DNA from: Octopus vulgaris
Taxonomy: Eukaryota
DNA: 64,000 nt
Direction: 5' to 3'
NCBI GenBank assembly: GCA_951406725.2
Contig: OX597818.1
Location: 106,020,001-106,084,000 of the forward strand
The notes beneath the pieces are model-generated. The model was not told the DNA's origin. It ran no database searches and saw nothing but the letters and a program-made list of their open reading frames with translations. The position numbers were made by a program, and so were the translations under genes. This document shows positions 19,901-32,164 of the stretch, one piece after another. Position 1 is the first letter of the stretch; every line of letters begins with the position of its first letter.

Positions 19901-22900
19901 AGTTCCTATTTTAAATATGCTAAACACTTGTCTTTACAACATGAAGCCAAAATATCAAGAAAAATAAAAGCTAGACAAAAAGCTCATATCTGCTGGTATT
20001 GTCACCGAGACTTTGGAAAATTCAAGGACCTGTGTAAACACGTGAGGAAACACTGGAAAAGCCGTCTTTACAGCTGTTCTCATTGCAAGAGGAAGTTTAC
20101 TCGTCAAACTGCTTGCAAAATGCATAAAATGATACATGGTAAGAAATATTTCAAATGTCAATATTGTAGTAAAAGTTTTGCATTCTCATGCAGCTTGATG
20201 TCTCATTTGAAAGCAGTCCACACACACCGGTGCCATGTAAAAAGCCATAATTGTCAGCATTGTTTTCAGTCATTCAGTCGTTATTACCTCCTTTCAGCAC
20301 ACATAAAAAAGCAACACTTAGGAAAATCGTCTGAGAAACTAGGAGATACATTTATAAAATCTAACAAATCATTAATCCCACAGCAGCCTTATGAAAACAA
20401 TACTGATATTCTAGGTATTGATGAGCCTCATTTACCATCTAAGGTGAGTCCAACTTCTTCTGTGCAAAATAATACATCTTGCCATCAATTGAATAATGAT
20501 CAGATTGTTATTTATCTTGAAGAAGAAGGTGATTCCAAAATGGAAGATCTTGAAAATGAGATCAATGATAATATATTATCTTCCAATTCTGGTGAAGGAT
20601 CTGCCATTGATATCAGTGCAGCATCTCTAGATGACCCTGATGCTGATGATGAAGAGGAAAATCTGTCTTGTAGCTTTTGTGAGCGCACTTTCAGCCAGCG
20701 CCATCAGCTTTTGGTACATCTTCGAATTCATACTGGTGAAAAGCCATATAAATGTACTTGGTGTCATAAAGCATTTCGTGTGTCGAATGATCTTAATGTT
20801 CATACGCGTATTCACACAGGCCAACGTCCTTATAGGTGTAAAGTGTGTGATAAAACATTTACAGTCTTACGTAACTTGTCAACCCACATGAGGGTACATA
20901 CAGGTGAAAAACCTTATCAGTGCAATATATGTACTAGATGTTTCTCTCAGAAATCAGCTCTTACGGTCCATATGCGTATCCATACTGGATCAAAACCTTT
21001 CAGATGTGGTATGTGTCCACAAAGTTTTGCTCATTCATCAAGTTTACGACAACATAAGCAGCGTCATGTCACTGGCGAGCTTGAGGAGGAGGTTTTCCGA
21101 TGTACTGTTTGTGACAAGACTTTCCCTTGCTTCAATACTCTTAGCAGTCACGTTGAAGAACACCTTCAAGAAAACTTAGAGTCAAATAGTAAAAATAAAC
21201 CTGGGTTGAGCAAAACTGCAATATCACCATCAGGAGTAGAGATTAATCAGGAATCTGTTTTGCAGGAAGAGACATACACACCATCTCTAAAAGAAACCAA
21301 CTATGCAATTAAAGATACTGCTAAAAAACGTGGCAAAAGAAAAACAAAAAAACGCAACCGTTCTAATTTATCTGATGGTTTCGATCAACAACAGCTTAAT
21401 CAAGTAAACCAAGTCATCAACAAAATGAAGCTTGAGGAAGAAGCCATGCTTTGCATCAAAGATGAATCCAATTCCTCAAGTATGATTGATTCTCTTAAAT
21501 TCAAAGCCTTGAATGATGATCCTGCAGATCCATCACCGTCGTCATCAGTTGGAACATTGGAAAAATCTTTTCGCACCTTGAATAACCAAAAGAAGAAAGA
21601 GAAAATTCCTTGTGTCAGTACTTCTCAAAACATGGCTTATAAATCTGAGCCTAGAGATTTCTCTAGCCAGCAACAGCATTTATTAGAATCTGAAAATTTG
21701 AACAAGGCTGACTTTGATGATGTTGTTGGCTTTGCTGAAAAGAGTGATGATAATGTTTCAGACACTGCCTCACAAATTTACTCTTGTAATGACTGTGAGA
21801 AAACATTTAATCAGAAATGCCTTTTATTAGCACATAGCAGGATCCATACAGGAGAACGTCCTTATAATTGCCATGTCTGCAGCAAGACATTTCGCATTCC
21901 TAATGATTTGAAAGTCCATTTGCGGAGTCATACAGGAGAAAGGCCTTACAAATGTCAAATCTGCAATCGTGGTTTTTCGATTTCTCGAAATTTAACAGCT
22001 CATTTGAGGGTTCACACTGGAGAAAGACCATTTAAGTGTGAATTCTGCAGCAAATGTTTCACTCAGAAATCAGCTCTAACAGTTCATATAAGAACCCATA
22101 CAGGTGTTAAGCCATTCAAATGTGAAGTCTGTGGTCAATCTTTTGCCTATTCTTACAGTCTCAATGTTCACAGGAAACAACAACATAATTTAAATAGCAA
22201 TAGCAAACCGTCCAGTGGCCGGCTTTACAAGTGCAATGATTGTGACCAAACATTCACACATGGCTATCTTCTTGGAATCCATCGAAGAACTCACAAGCAG
22301 CGCAGTAAAGCCAAGCAACAAAACTCAATTAATCAAGTTCCTCATGCCAAGATGCAAAGTTCTGAGGATCAGCACTTAAATTCACGTTTGAAATCAGATC
22401 CTTTCTTGTCTCTTTCACTTGTTAATAACAATCTCAATGAACTTGAAATTGACCAGATTACTCTCAGTCAGAAAGATTCTCTGAACCTTCATGAAAAATC
22501 ACTTGAAGAATTAGACCAGAATAATATGTTCATTAAAAGCAATACTAGTGATTTTCAAGCTCATAATGCAGATTTAGAAGATTTTGAAAAACCTCACCAG
22601 TCATTACGTACCAAATTTGGAATCTCAGAGAAGCTCAACAGAAAAACCAAAAGGCAAAGACGCTCAAAGTATTCATTACAATCTACAGAAAATGATGGAA
22701 ACAAAAATGGTGAAAATGAATGTGTTGAACTATCCAATACTGAAATAGATTTTGATGAAATAGAAGCAACAGCTGCACGGCTAGAGAATCTGTTATCAGA
22801 TGAACCACTCTCCATTGATGAGGCTGCTTGCAAAGTGTGTGGTAAAACATTTAGCCAAAGAGCTCATTTAGCTGCTCATTATCGCATCCATACTGGTGAG

Positions 22901-24130
22901 AGACCTTACAAGTGTCGCTTGTGTTTTAAGGCTTTCCGTGTATGTAGTGACCTTACAGTGCATCTGCGTACTCACACAGGTGAGAGACCTTACAAATGCC
23001 AATACTGCCCAAAAGCCTTTTCAATTTCTCGAAATCTTACTGCACATTTACGTACACATACTGGTGAGAGACCATTTGCATGTGGACAATGCAGCAAACG
23101 ATTCACTCAGAAGTCTGCTTTAACAGTTCATATGCGTACACATACAGGTGTACGACCATATGTATGTCAAGTTTGTAAAATAACCTTCACATATTCACAT
23201 AGTCTGAAAATGCATATCAAGCATCATCACTCCAGAGCAAGTATGTCTGATGCACCTGAGGCTTCGCCGGCATTCCAATTTGATGGCACTACTGACTATT
23301 TATTTCCAAATGCTCCTATATCTGACGGCAGTTTAATACTTGAATCTCCTGAAAAGAAATCCAATTCCAGCTTAACAGATAATCTGAATAAATTTGGGGA
23401 TGACACAGTGGCAGAAAGTGCAATGGATGCTAAATGCAGCATCAGTCAAAATATTTTTAAAGATACAATTGACAGTGAATATAATGATAGTAACATATTC
23501 TTAGATGATATGTTCTCTTCAGCTAACAGTTCTGCTAATTTCCTGACCAATAGCCAGCAGCAACAAAATTCTGCTACTTCATCTTTTAGTGAACAAACTG
23601 CTGATAATGGCAACTTTGACAACTTAACTGAGATGAATAGCAAGTGCCAAATTTGTGACAAAACATTTAACCAAAAGTCTCGTCTTGTTGCACATTTGCG
23701 TACACACAGTGAGGAGAGGCCATATCAATGTAACCTGTGCCCCAAGACATTTCGTGTAGCCAGCAACTTGTCTATACACAAGCGTGTCCACACTGGTGAA
23801 AGACCATATAAATGTGACATTTGTAGCAAATCATTCACAATCTCTCGTAATCTTTTCACTCACATGCGTACCCATACTGGCGAAAGACCATTTTCATGTG
23901 AACACTGCAGTAAAAGGTTCACACAGAAGTCAGCCTTGACTGTCCACATGCGAACTCATACTGGGGATACCCCATATGAGTGTGATGCTTGTGGGGAAAA
24001 GTTTACATACTCCAGCAGTTTTATGCTCCACAAAAAGCACAACAAAGCTATTAATTGCACCTATTGTGGAGACGTCCTTTTGGGCAAGTGTGCCTTCCGC
24101 TCTCATCTGCAAAAACACATTACTGCTTAA
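16910..24130 (+). CDS. Multi-cluster C2H2 zinc-finger protein (2406 aa, ~39 fingers in 7 clusters), uninterrupted ORF
   Basis: 7.2-kb open frame, ATG in CAAAATGG context, many CxxC-x12-HxxxH fingers with TGE(K/R)P(Y/F) linkers, S/N/D-rich spacers with K/R patches. No KRAB/BTB/SCAN-type N-terminal domain visible. Confidence 0.97.
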   Translation: MGKSSFECNFCDKEFTNRSRLDSHQRIHTGERPHICNQCNRPFRTASDLKVHFRTHTGEKPYKCNFCDQAFAVSRNLTAHIRIHTGERPFICSLCHKAFTQKSALNVHSRIHTGDKPFQCIFCAKQFAYSNSLKVHLRDHTRVENGNDIDTNNSSNNSSDIHSVSNNTNNIISNTNLSGRGRRKKNNRRKAGRAPKNQETIKQSTVLGFSDYTQPEEEALYTCSICSQGFDQIELLAEHWKSHNEDTDSEKSDDDNPSSRTAQKDVNGVGKVLSKTKDNLKEEKNQENLVAPKFNKAVDDNDTYQTIDKDNSSHAEFTEPSSIYCNLRESIAKSLGAIQISNGQRQTRSRSKEQSDDPSVSTVAPSKHSKSSKSCHSSKSPSVSASNTTFGSRSKRLLSKNPVGSQASQATKNISPTVSVANSSSNVSLYGNESFNSVKTEENMKCVSENTHSVDKGNTSQDNKWESYQTTTLIDEGENQSAVITESLVNSVSVKNEPSFLPSSDTFSKEISQTSDNAMSETNLGKEITKSSSCLVENKLDIASLFDQDIYTSALNDALKSLPSTASLSNSFLNNDNNNHSNNNSSDENKDPLNSSGDMTDSFIKKETEGTVFLNLPQSSQQDLVASSSMPSIMSMMDQSQIDMLSNSTAADTSSNIAEKFKTYKCTLCGMILCEAELFVEHLGKHSRNANPFICTECGRQCTRQYDLKVHTRTHTGERPYKCRFCKRGFAISRNLVAHLRIHTGERPYQCNTCNKSFTQQSALRTHSRIHTGEKPYVCKSCGKTFSYSYVLNSHVRDNKLYRCNYCQGMYIGSCAINLHMKSHDEDKQLAENAASIEELSFSTDDTEILNENVVNELDRKLLSSTGTPHLKNSKSKKKRKGKLKLISQTIDVTESIDCQITNIDNPDLWPNTDMLVKMENNAEEFIRNGENFGNVDQSIFGKSGLPDQLGCDSQISKNGDDLQALYVGNLEMQNYSQNSENVAPKSSSQEGFGGKLSSYFKYAKHLSLQHEAKISRKIKARQKAHICWYCHRDFGKFKDLCKHVRKHWKSRLYSCSHCKRKFTRQTACKMHKMIHGKKYFKCQYCSKSFAFSCSLMSHLKAVHTHRCHVKSHNCQHCFQSFSRYYLLSAHIKKQHLGKSSEKLGDTFIKSNKSLIPQQPYENNTDILGIDEPHLPSKVSPTSSVQNNTSCHQLNNDQIVIYLEEEGDSKMEDLENEINDNILSSNSGEGSAIDISAASLDDPDADDEEENLSCSFCERTFSQRHQLLVHLRIHTGEKPYKCTWCHKAFRVSNDLNVHTRIHTGQRPYRCKVCDKTFTVLRNLSTHMRVHTGEKPYQCNICTRCFSQKSALTVHMRIHTGSKPFRCGMCPQSFAHSSSLRQHKQRHVTGELEEEVFRCTVCDKTFPCFNTLSSHVEEHLQENLESNSKNKPGLSKTAISPSGVEINQESVLQEETYTPSLKETNYAIKDTAKKRGKRKTKKRNRSNLSDGFDQQQLNQVNQVINKMKLEEEAMLCIKDESNSSSMIDSLKFKALNDDPADPSPSSSVGTLEKSFRTLNNQKKKEKIPCVSTSQNMAYKSEPRDFSSQQQHLLESENLNKADFDDVVGFAEKSDDNVSDTASQIYSCNDCEKTFNQKCLLLAHSRIHTGERPYNCHVCSKTFRIPNDLKVHLRSHTGERPYKCQICNRGFSISRNLTAHLRVHTGERPFKCEFCSKCFTQKSALTVHIRTHTGVKPFKCEVCGQSFAYSYSLNVHRKQQHNLNSNSKPSSGRLYKCNDCDQTFTHGYLLGIHRRTHKQRSKAKQQNSINQVPHAKMQSSEDQHLNSRLKSDPFLSLSLVNNNLNELEIDQITLSQKDSLNLHEKSLEELDQNNMFIKSNTSDFQAHNADLEDFEKPHQSLRTKFGISEKLNRKTKRQRRSKYSLQSTENDGNKNGENECVELSNTEIDFDEIEATAARLENLLSDEPLSIDEAACKVCGKTFSQRAHLAAHYRIHTGERPYKCRLCFKAFRVCSDLTVHLRTHTGERPYKCQYCPKAFSISRNLTAHLRTHTGERPFACGQCSKRFTQKSALTVHMRTHTGVRPYVCQVCKITFTYSHSLKMHIKHHHSRASMSDAPEASPAFQFDGTTDYLFPNAPISDGSLILESPEKKSNSSLTDNLNKFGDDTVAESAMDAKCSISQNIFKDTIDSEYNDSNIFLDDMFSSANSSANFLTNSQQQQNSATSSFSEQTADNGNFDNLTEMNSKCQICDKTFNQKSRLVAHLRTHSEERPYQCNLCPKTFRVASNLSIHKRVHTGERPYKCDICSKSFTISRNLFTHMRTHTGERPFSCEHCSKRFTQKSALTVHMRTHTGDTPYECDACGEKFTYSSSFMLHKKHNKAINCTYCGDVLLGKCAFRSHLQKHITA

Positions 24131-25778
24131 GCATTCTCAGATCAAGAGTGAAAATAAACCAGCTTACCGCCTTTGAACATGGAATCTCACTTTTTTTTTT
24201 TAAATGTGTGTATGCATGTATGTTTTGTATGCGTGTTTCTCTTTAAAAGGTTGTCTAATCTTATTCAGTTAACGGAATCAAAGAAAAAGAAAGAAAAATA
24301 GTATATAAAAAAGGAAAAAAAAAACAAATATATAAGACATGATTGAGAAGCTTTGTTGGTATTACAAAAATAGAGGAAAATATTTGAAATTATTTAAAAA
24401 GTGTTTTACATGTTTCCATCCCATTCCATATAAATAATACATGTTGTGTTCTTCATTGTTTTTTTTTTTTCCATTCTCTGTGTTTCAGGGAGCTATTTAT
24501 AAAACCTTAGATGAAAATCAGGAACATTTCTTTAACCCTTTGTTAGATTACTTAGATACCTTGTAATCATACATAGACTTAATATTAACTTGAAAATCAC
24601 TCATGGTTTCCTTATTATTTTTGATTGCAAGTACGCATTCAAAACATTCATTGTTAGATTCTTGTTTGTGTTTTTTTTTTTTGTTTTTTTATGTGATGTT
24701 GGACAATATTTTTATTTTTCATCACATGTTTTTAAAACAGACAAAACATTTTTCACATCTTCACTTATTTTTGGCTTGTTTGTTTCCTCAGGCATCACTT
24801 ATTATTCATTAAATTTTTTTTCTTTCAGTTTCTTTACTCAATGTCCATCTCACCTTTAACTACTTCGCCTCATAATTTAATTGGTTCATTCTCTCGATAA
24901 TATTCATTAGATTATAGGAAGAAAAAAAACCTTTAATAAACCTTAGAATTAATTCCTAACAAATGAAAACAAAAAGAGGGAAAGCGTGTTCTTTCTTTTC
25001 TTCATGTTTTTGTCCATGCAAAGAATTGCATTAATTTAAAGCACCATTTATTACACATTTTGTAGAATGTGCATGTGTGTGTATGTAAGCATATGTATGT
25101 ATATAAACATGTATGTATGTGTGTGTGTGTATATATATATATATGAACAAACAGATAATTATAATTTCAAAAATGATAGCCCTTGTGTATATTTTCTGCT
25201 CTTCCCATGGTTGTTCATACTTTTTCCTAACTTATATACAATTTTTCAAACTGATCAAAACACTATTTTTACACACAACACGACTACAGTTTATTAATTG
25301 ACATTAATTAATTAGTTTTTTTCTTTTTTTTTTTTCAAATATTTTATCTTAGTTTTTACATACAAGTGCACCTTTTTTAAAAAAAAACAAAATAATATAT
25401 TTCATTTTTTTTTATATTATCAACAAAGTTTGAATGATTATAAAATCCCTCTCCTCTTAAAAATAAATTAAAACATTTTCAGTTGGGCAATAAAATTTTC
25501 AAAAAGAAAAGAATGACATATATATATAAAGTAAAATCTTATTTATATTTTAGTCTGTTAAATCTTTTTGCATGGTGTTATCCTTGCAATACTACTTTTT
25601 TTTTGCAAAAATATAAACAAAAAAGTTTCGTGAGATATATATTAAAATAATAATTTAAACAAAAAAGAACAAAAAAATATAGTGATGCCAAATCCTTTAA
25701 AAAAGCAGTCATCAACCAAAGTTACCAAGGAGATAGTAGAACATTCATCAGTAACATAAGCAACCATAATAATTATAA

Positions 25779-25930
25779 TTGTTCCTAACTTAGGTACAGA
25801 GCCAGCAATTTTGACAGGAGGGTGTTTATTTTATTGATCCTGAAAAGATGAAATAAAGTACCAGTCAAATCCTGGAGTTGATAGTATCTTTCACTTGAAA
25901 TTGCTGGCCTTGTGCCTAAATTAGAAACAG
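25779..25930. mobile_element. Head-to-head fusion of two Nin-type SINE 3' halves (inverted repeat)
   Basis: TTCCTAACTTAGGTACAGAGCCAGCAATTT is approximately the reverse complement of AAATTGCTGGCCTTGTGCCTAAATTAGAAA. Confidence 0.7.
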
Positions 25931-26744
25931 CAATAATAACAGCAACAACAATTTGAAAGAATGTTTCGGATATTTCATTCACTATGTTACTGACAATATA
26001 TTTTGAAACACTTCAAAAAAAAAAAAAATGACATTTCATTATTTATTTGTTTATATATTTATTTAACATTTTATTTACATTTGTTATCTGCTAAATGAAA
26101 TTTTTTTTTCTTTCTTGTCTTAAAAATTCCAGTTTCCAGAATGAATTGTTATGAAACAATTATTAACGGTTTTTGATCCAGCATTTATTTGTACAACTAT
26201 AAGCTAAGAATGGTAAATCCACACACACACACACACAAATACACACACATATAGATAGATGTGCAACCTTTTTTGAGACATGTATATAGATAAAACAAAA
26301 TGCATAAATAAACTAACAAGTCCTTTTCCTTTTTTCCCTCACAATTTAATCTTTTAATTTTGTCTTTTTTCACCTTTGTTAATTGAATATTCATTTGCAT
26401 ATTTTCCTTCTTTCGGCTTCTTATTCTTTGTGAATACTGAACATCATATATGGGAAGAAGAAATATCTACTAGTCTATATTTTTAGGTGTCTTTAAAAAG
26501 AAACAAGAAATAAATCAAACAAAATATAAAATGAAAGAGAAAAAAAGCCACGTTGTAATTTCAATATACTTTTATATTAGTCATAATGTCTCTCTATATG
26601 GTGTTTATTACAAATTATGTATTGTTTTGCATATATGCATTCATCTCCTAATAATATTAGATCCAATATAACAACAAACAGCTTTTCCTCATCCATCTCT
26701 ATTACATTTTAGCTGATATGTCTCTAACATTAATAATAATGATG

Positions 26745-26965
26745 ATTTCAAATTTTGGCACAAAATCAGCAATTTGGGGGGAGGGGTAACTCAATTACAT
26801 TGATCCCAGTATTTAACTGGTACTTATTTTATCGACCCCCCCCCAAAAAAAAAGGATGAAAGGCAAAGTCAGCCTGGGCGGCATTTGAACTCAGAACATA
26901 ATGTTGTGCATCATGACTAAATACTGCAATGCATTTTGTCCGACATTCTAATGGTTCTAATACCC
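26745..26965 (-). mobile_element. tRNA-derived SINE with Nin-like central domain
   Basis: The reverse complement has GAGTTCAAAT (B box), GACTTTGCCTTTCATCC..GGGGTCGATAAAATAAGTACCAG and a tail ending GTGCCAAAATTTGAAA. Confidence 0.8.
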
Positions 26966-27384
26966 TGCCCCCTTAGTAGTGGTGGTGGTGAATGCACATT
27001 TATTTAAATTTCAAAGCAAAATTCTTGTTTCTGTTAGACTAGCAAATAGAATAGAATATTACACATGCTTAAAGGAACATTAATTTACACATTTCTCAGT
27101 TAGCTAACAAATTTTAAACTGATAGTGGGGCAAAGAATGAAAATAGGTATAAACATAAAATTCAATTCTGCAGTTTTGGCTTCCAGCTGATCTGGTATAG
27201 AATTGAATATTGATATAAAGCTAGACAAAAAGCTCATATCTTCTGGTATATATGTCATTGTGGCTTTGATAATCCTGGTTGTGCCCATTTTCTCCTTCGC
27301 ATATGGGTACAGTTAATTCTTAAGGTGCTCATCTTCCTTTGACACATTTAAAAAAAAAAATTCCACTGGTAGCCTTCAAATCCT

Positions 27385-27452
27385 TATATATATATATATA
27401 TATAAAAAATAGGATAAAATCTTAATAAGAAATTATCAAGTAGTTAGCGCCT

Positions 27453-27485
<33 letters not shown>

Positions 27486-27592
27486 TAAAAAAATAGGATA
27501 AAATCTTAAGAAATTATCAAATAGTTAGCGTCTCATATATATATATATAAAATAGGATAAAATCTTAATAAGAAATTATCAAGTAGTTAGCG

Positions 27593-27636
<44 letters not shown>
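27385..27636. repeat. Three ~47-bp direct repeats separated by (TA)n
   Basis: AAAATAGGATAAAATCTTAATAAGAAATTATCAAGTAGTTAGCG at ~27405, ~27489, ~27549. Confidence 0.9.
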
Positions 27637-27637
<1 letters not shown>

Positions 27638-27639
<2 letters not shown>

Positions 27640-27790
27640 TTTGTAATCAAGCTATTTTCTTCTCAATTACATGGTGTCAGGTTCATCACCATTGCATGGC
27701 AATTTGGGTTGTGTTTTCTATCATAATGGCCTGAGGCTGACCAATGCACAGTGAGTGAATCTTGTAGAGGGAGACTAAACAATAGTCGTT
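27638..27790 (+). mobile_element. Degenerate SINE 5' half (family of 41640-42027)
   Basis: Similarity by eye to the 41640-41785 head. Confidence 0.5.
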
Positions 27791-27912
27791 GTCTCTTGAA
27801 TAGGTTGCAAGACGCAATGAAAATTTTAAACTAAGTAAGTTAATGAGTGGAAATAAAACCGGTGTGTGTGTTAAATTAATAAGGCACTAAAAGAGAATGA
27901 CTCTCCCCAGGT

Positions 27913-27958
<46 letters not shown>

Positions 27959-27989
27959 CATACATACATAACTCTCTGCAACTCTCCAA

Positions 27990-28600
27990 AATTTTTCAGC
28001 TTCAAAGCTGTGGTCATGCTGGTGTACCACTGGTGACTGAGCAACACCATTATTTGAAACCTCCTCTGATATGTGGCATTTGGTCAATGAGGGAGTTTGA
28101 TGTCACTGCCCTCTTGTGTTTCCTGCTGTGAGCTAGGCTCATCTGGAACCCTTGACAGGAAGAGATCCAGTTTTGCTTTAAAGAAACTTACATCCACACC
28201 ATGCAGGTCTCTCAGGCATTTTGGAAGGATACTGAAGAGCTGTAGCCACTGAAGCCCAAACTGTTGCAGTAACTGGTCATATATTTTGATGGCGATGCTG
28301 AGATATTTGGAACAATGCAATGGCACCTTGTTCTGCAGTTTGAGTATCTTTCAGTACCAAAGTTTGGTACAAGGCCTTCCTGGATTTTCCAGATGTATAT
28401 CAGTGTATATCTTTCCTGCTTTCATTTTACGGAGATGAGTTCTAATTCTTTCAGTATTTCCCAGTAGCTGATATGCTGCATTGAGATGATTTTTTTTTAG
28501 TATAGCTTTGTTGGATTGCTTCAATTTCGACTATGAATTTTATATTGTGTGGTGACCATAGTTGAGAGCAGTAGTGCTGAGGATGTATGTCCTCCAAAGA
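27990..28600 (-). mobile_element. Degenerate CR1-like LINE 3' fragment
   Basis: QLFSILPKCLRDLHGVDVSFFKAKLDLFLSRVPDEP; tail similar to 44310-44345. Confidence 0.85.
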
Positions 28601-28658
28601 TCTGTATATATGTGTGTGTGTATATATATGTATATATATATATATATATATGTATGTG

Positions 28659-28707
<49 letters not shown>

Positions 28708-28766
28708 ATATATATATATATATATGTATGTATGTGTATATATATATATATATATGTATGTATGTG

Positions 28767-28797
<31 letters not shown>

Positions 28798-28798
28798 G

Positions 28799-28831
<33 letters not shown>

Positions 28832-28880
28832 GTATGTATATATATGTATTCTACATATGTATATGTATTCTATATATATA

Positions 28881-30070
28881 CATCATCGTTATTTAATGTC
28901 TGCTTTCCATGCTGGCATGGTTTGACTGAGGGTTGGTGAGCCAGAAGGCTGCACCAGGCTCCAATCTTATCTGGCAATGTTTCTACAGCTATATGCCCTT
29001 CTTAATGCCAACCACTCTCAGAGTGTAGTGGGTGCTTTTTATGTACCACTGGCATGAGGGCCAGTCACGTGATACTGGCATCGGCTATGACAATGACTTC
29101 ACTTGCCTCAACAGGTCTTTGCAAGTGCAATTTATTGCCCAATGATTGCAGGGTACTCTTAAATGGGTTGGTTATGTTGCATTGGCATAGGCCATGGTTA
29201 CAGTCACACTTGGCTTGCCGGGTCTTCTCAAGCACAGCATATCTTCAATGGTCTCTGTCACTTGTCATTGCTTTGGTGACGCCCACATTCGAAGGTTGAG
29301 CTTCACCACCTCATCTCAGGTCTTCTTGGGTCTATTCATTCACAAGTTCCCTCCACTGCTAGGGTGTGACACTTTTTCACCCATTTGTCCTCATCCATAT
29401 GCAACACATGACCAAACCAGTGTAGTCATCCCTCTTGCACACTACATCTGATGCTTCTTATGTCCAACTTTTCTCTCAGGGTGCTTACACTCTGTCACAT
29501 ATGCACACTAACATTACACATACTAGCTTCATTCCTTGTAAGCTTATGCATGTTCTCAACAGTCATGGTCCATGTTTCACTGCCACGTAGCATGGCTGTT
29601 CACATACATGCATCATACAGTCTACCTTTCACTCTCAGCGAGAGCCCTTTGTCACCAGCGGAGGGAGGAGCTCTCTAAACTTTGCCTAGGCTATTCTTAT
29701 TCTAGCAGCTACACTTTCAAAGCAACTGCCTTCGCTACTGACTTGGTCACCTAGGTAACGGAAGTTATCAACTACTTGTAGTCTTTCCCCATGGAATGTG
29801 ACTGGCTGTTTTCTGCACATTATTAGTGTTCATAGTCCCTGACCATTTGCCATACACAAAATCTATCTTCCCAGTTAGCCTTCCTTTGATATTGCTGCAC
29901 CTCTTATATGTCATAGCTTACACTGGGTACATCTTAAGAAGTTTCTACCTACGCCTTTACTACAGATTGAGCAAGGCCATCTACCTGGAGGGATTTGTGG
30001 TTTGTCTGCATTCCTACTTATTAACGATTGGTTTTTGCTAGATTGACTCTCAGGCCCTTTGATTCTAGGC
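28881..30070 (-). mobile_element. Degenerate RTE-clade LINE 3' part
   Basis: WPCSICSKGVGRN..CTQCKL; F-x-YLGDQVS; homologous to 54277-55485; ends in (TGA)n. Confidence 0.85.
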
Positions 30071-30770
30071 TATATATATGTATATATATATGTACGTATA
30101 TGAATATAAATATGTATGTATATGAATATATGTATGTATATGAATATATATATGTATACGAATGTATGTATATGAATATATATATGTATACGAATGTATG
30201 TATATGAATATATATATGTATACGAATGTATATATATTTATATATGTATGTATATATATTTATATATGTATGTATATGTATTTATATATATTTATATATG
30301 TATATATATTTATGTATGTATGTATATATTTATGTATGTATGTATATATTTATGTATGTATGTATATATATATGTTTGTATGTACGTATGTATGTATGTA
30401 CGTATATATATTATGTATGTACGTATATGTATGTATGTACGTATATGTATGTATGTACATATATGTATGTATGTACGTATATATGTGTATGTATGTACAT
30501 ATGTGTATGTATGTACATATGTGTATGTATGTACATATGTGTATGTATGTACATATGTGTATGTATGTACATATGTGTATGTATGTACATATGTGTATGT
30601 ATGTACATATGTGTATGTATGTATGCATATATGTATGTATGCATGCATATATGTATGTATATATATGTATGCATATATGTATATATATATGTATGTATAT
30701 ATATATATGTATATATATGTATGTATGTATATGTATGTATGTATATATGTATGTGTATATATATATATGT
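30071..30770. repeat. TATG-type microsatellite including an 18-bp GTATGTATGTACATATGT array
   Basis: Direct reading. Confidence 0.9.
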
Positions 30771-30912
30771 ATCATCATCATCATTTAGTGTCCGTTCTCC
30801 ATGCTAGCATGGGTTGGACGGTTCAACTGGGGTCTGTGAAGCTGGAAGGCTTCATCAGGCCCAGTCAGATCTGGCAGTGTTTCTACGGCTGGATGCCCTT
30901 CCTAACGCCAAC
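30771..30912 (-). mobile_element. Short RTE LINE 3' tail
   Basis: (CAT)n then CCATGCTAGCATGGGTTGGACGG..GGATGCCCTTCCTAACGCCAAC. Confidence 0.85.
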
Positions 30913-31324
30913 ATATGTATGTGTATATATATATATGTATGTATATATGTATGTATGTGTATATGTATATATGTATGTATGTGTATATGTATATATGTAT
31001 GTATGTGTATATATGTATGTGTATATGTATGTATATATATGTATGTGTATATGTATGTATATATATATATGTAAATATCTATGTATGTAGTGGTTGTCTA
31101 TTCCTTATGCAGAGTTTGACCAACACCTGTCCCTACTCTTTAGCACCCTCAGTGCATCTGAAGTAGCTTTTTAAACCAGACAATGTTTTGAAAAGACACC
31201 CACGTAGATTGCACATGTGATTTGGACTACCATGTACTGCATATAAGTTCTGATCTTTGTGGATTTTAAAATGTCTTTTGAGCCCTCCATTAGATTTGCA
31301 AATATAGTATATACTGCATTTTCA

Positions 31325-31642
31325 ATGGGTTCGCAAATGAGATTTGAGCCCAGCAAAAGGCAGGCATGGTCTGGCACAAACTGTGCACACAGAAAGGTCA
31401 TTCACATTCACCTTCTTTATCGTAGCAGTCTTCCTTAGATCTCCTTTGAGTCTTACATGCGTTATCCTGGCCTCTTCAAATGCATTAACTCCACTTCACA
31501 CGTTTGTTTGCCATCCAACTAGATCCAAAGCAAGGGTTTCTATGTCTTCTGGATCCAATCCAAGTGACTTCATTGTAGTCCTTATGCAGTCTGTTTACCT
31601 GTTTTTAGGTTTACAGGGATAGTGTTTCCCCTCTGCAAGCTC
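31325..31642 (-). mobile_element. RTE (BovB-like) LINE ORF C-terminus with terminal C2H2-like motif
   Basis: ELAEGKH..DCIRTTMKSLGLDPEDIETLALD..W..GVNAFEEAR..CTVCARPC..AGLKSHLRTH, with stops. Confidence 0.75.
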
Positions 31643-31695
31643 ATATAATATGTGTGTGTGTGTGTATATGTATGTGTATATATATGTATATGTGT

Positions 31696-31976
31696 GGAGG
31701 CGCAATGGCCCAGTGGTTAGGGCAGCGGGCTTGCGGCTGTAGGATCGCGGTTTTGATTCCCAGACCGGGCGTTGTGATTGTTTATTGAGCAAAAACTCCT
31801 AAAACTCCACGAGACTCCGGTAGTGGGTGGTGGTGATCCCTGCTGTACTCTTTCGCCGCAACTTTCTCTCAATCTTCCTCTCAGCTGGGTGGCATCATTT
31901 GCAGGCTAAAACAATGCGAAGCACATTTTGACCATTGATGTGTAGCAACATCTGATAGCCTGGTTGGTCACGTGAT
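31696..31976 (+). mobile_element. tRNA-derived SINE (same head as 6137-6355, different tail)
   Basis: GGAGGCGCAATGGCCCAGTGGTTAGGGCAGCG..GGTTTTGATTCCCAGACCGGGCG; tail ends GGTCACGTGATA. Confidence 0.85.
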
Positions 31977-31981
31977 ATGTG

Positions 31982-32030
<49 letters not shown>

Positions 32031-32133
32031 ATATACATATGTGTATGCATATGTATATGTGTATATATATATATGTGTGTGTGTGTGTATGTATATACAT
32101 ATGTATATGTGTATGCATATGTATATATGTATG

Positions 32134-32164
<31 letters not shown>

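Noticed and set aside
17109-24246. Short alternative-frame and antisense ORFs inside the ZNF CDS
   Set aside because: Shadow ORFs of the zinc-finger repeats
27385-27636. CRISPR-like array
   Set aside because: Spacers are pure (TA)n, context is eukaryotic, no cas genes
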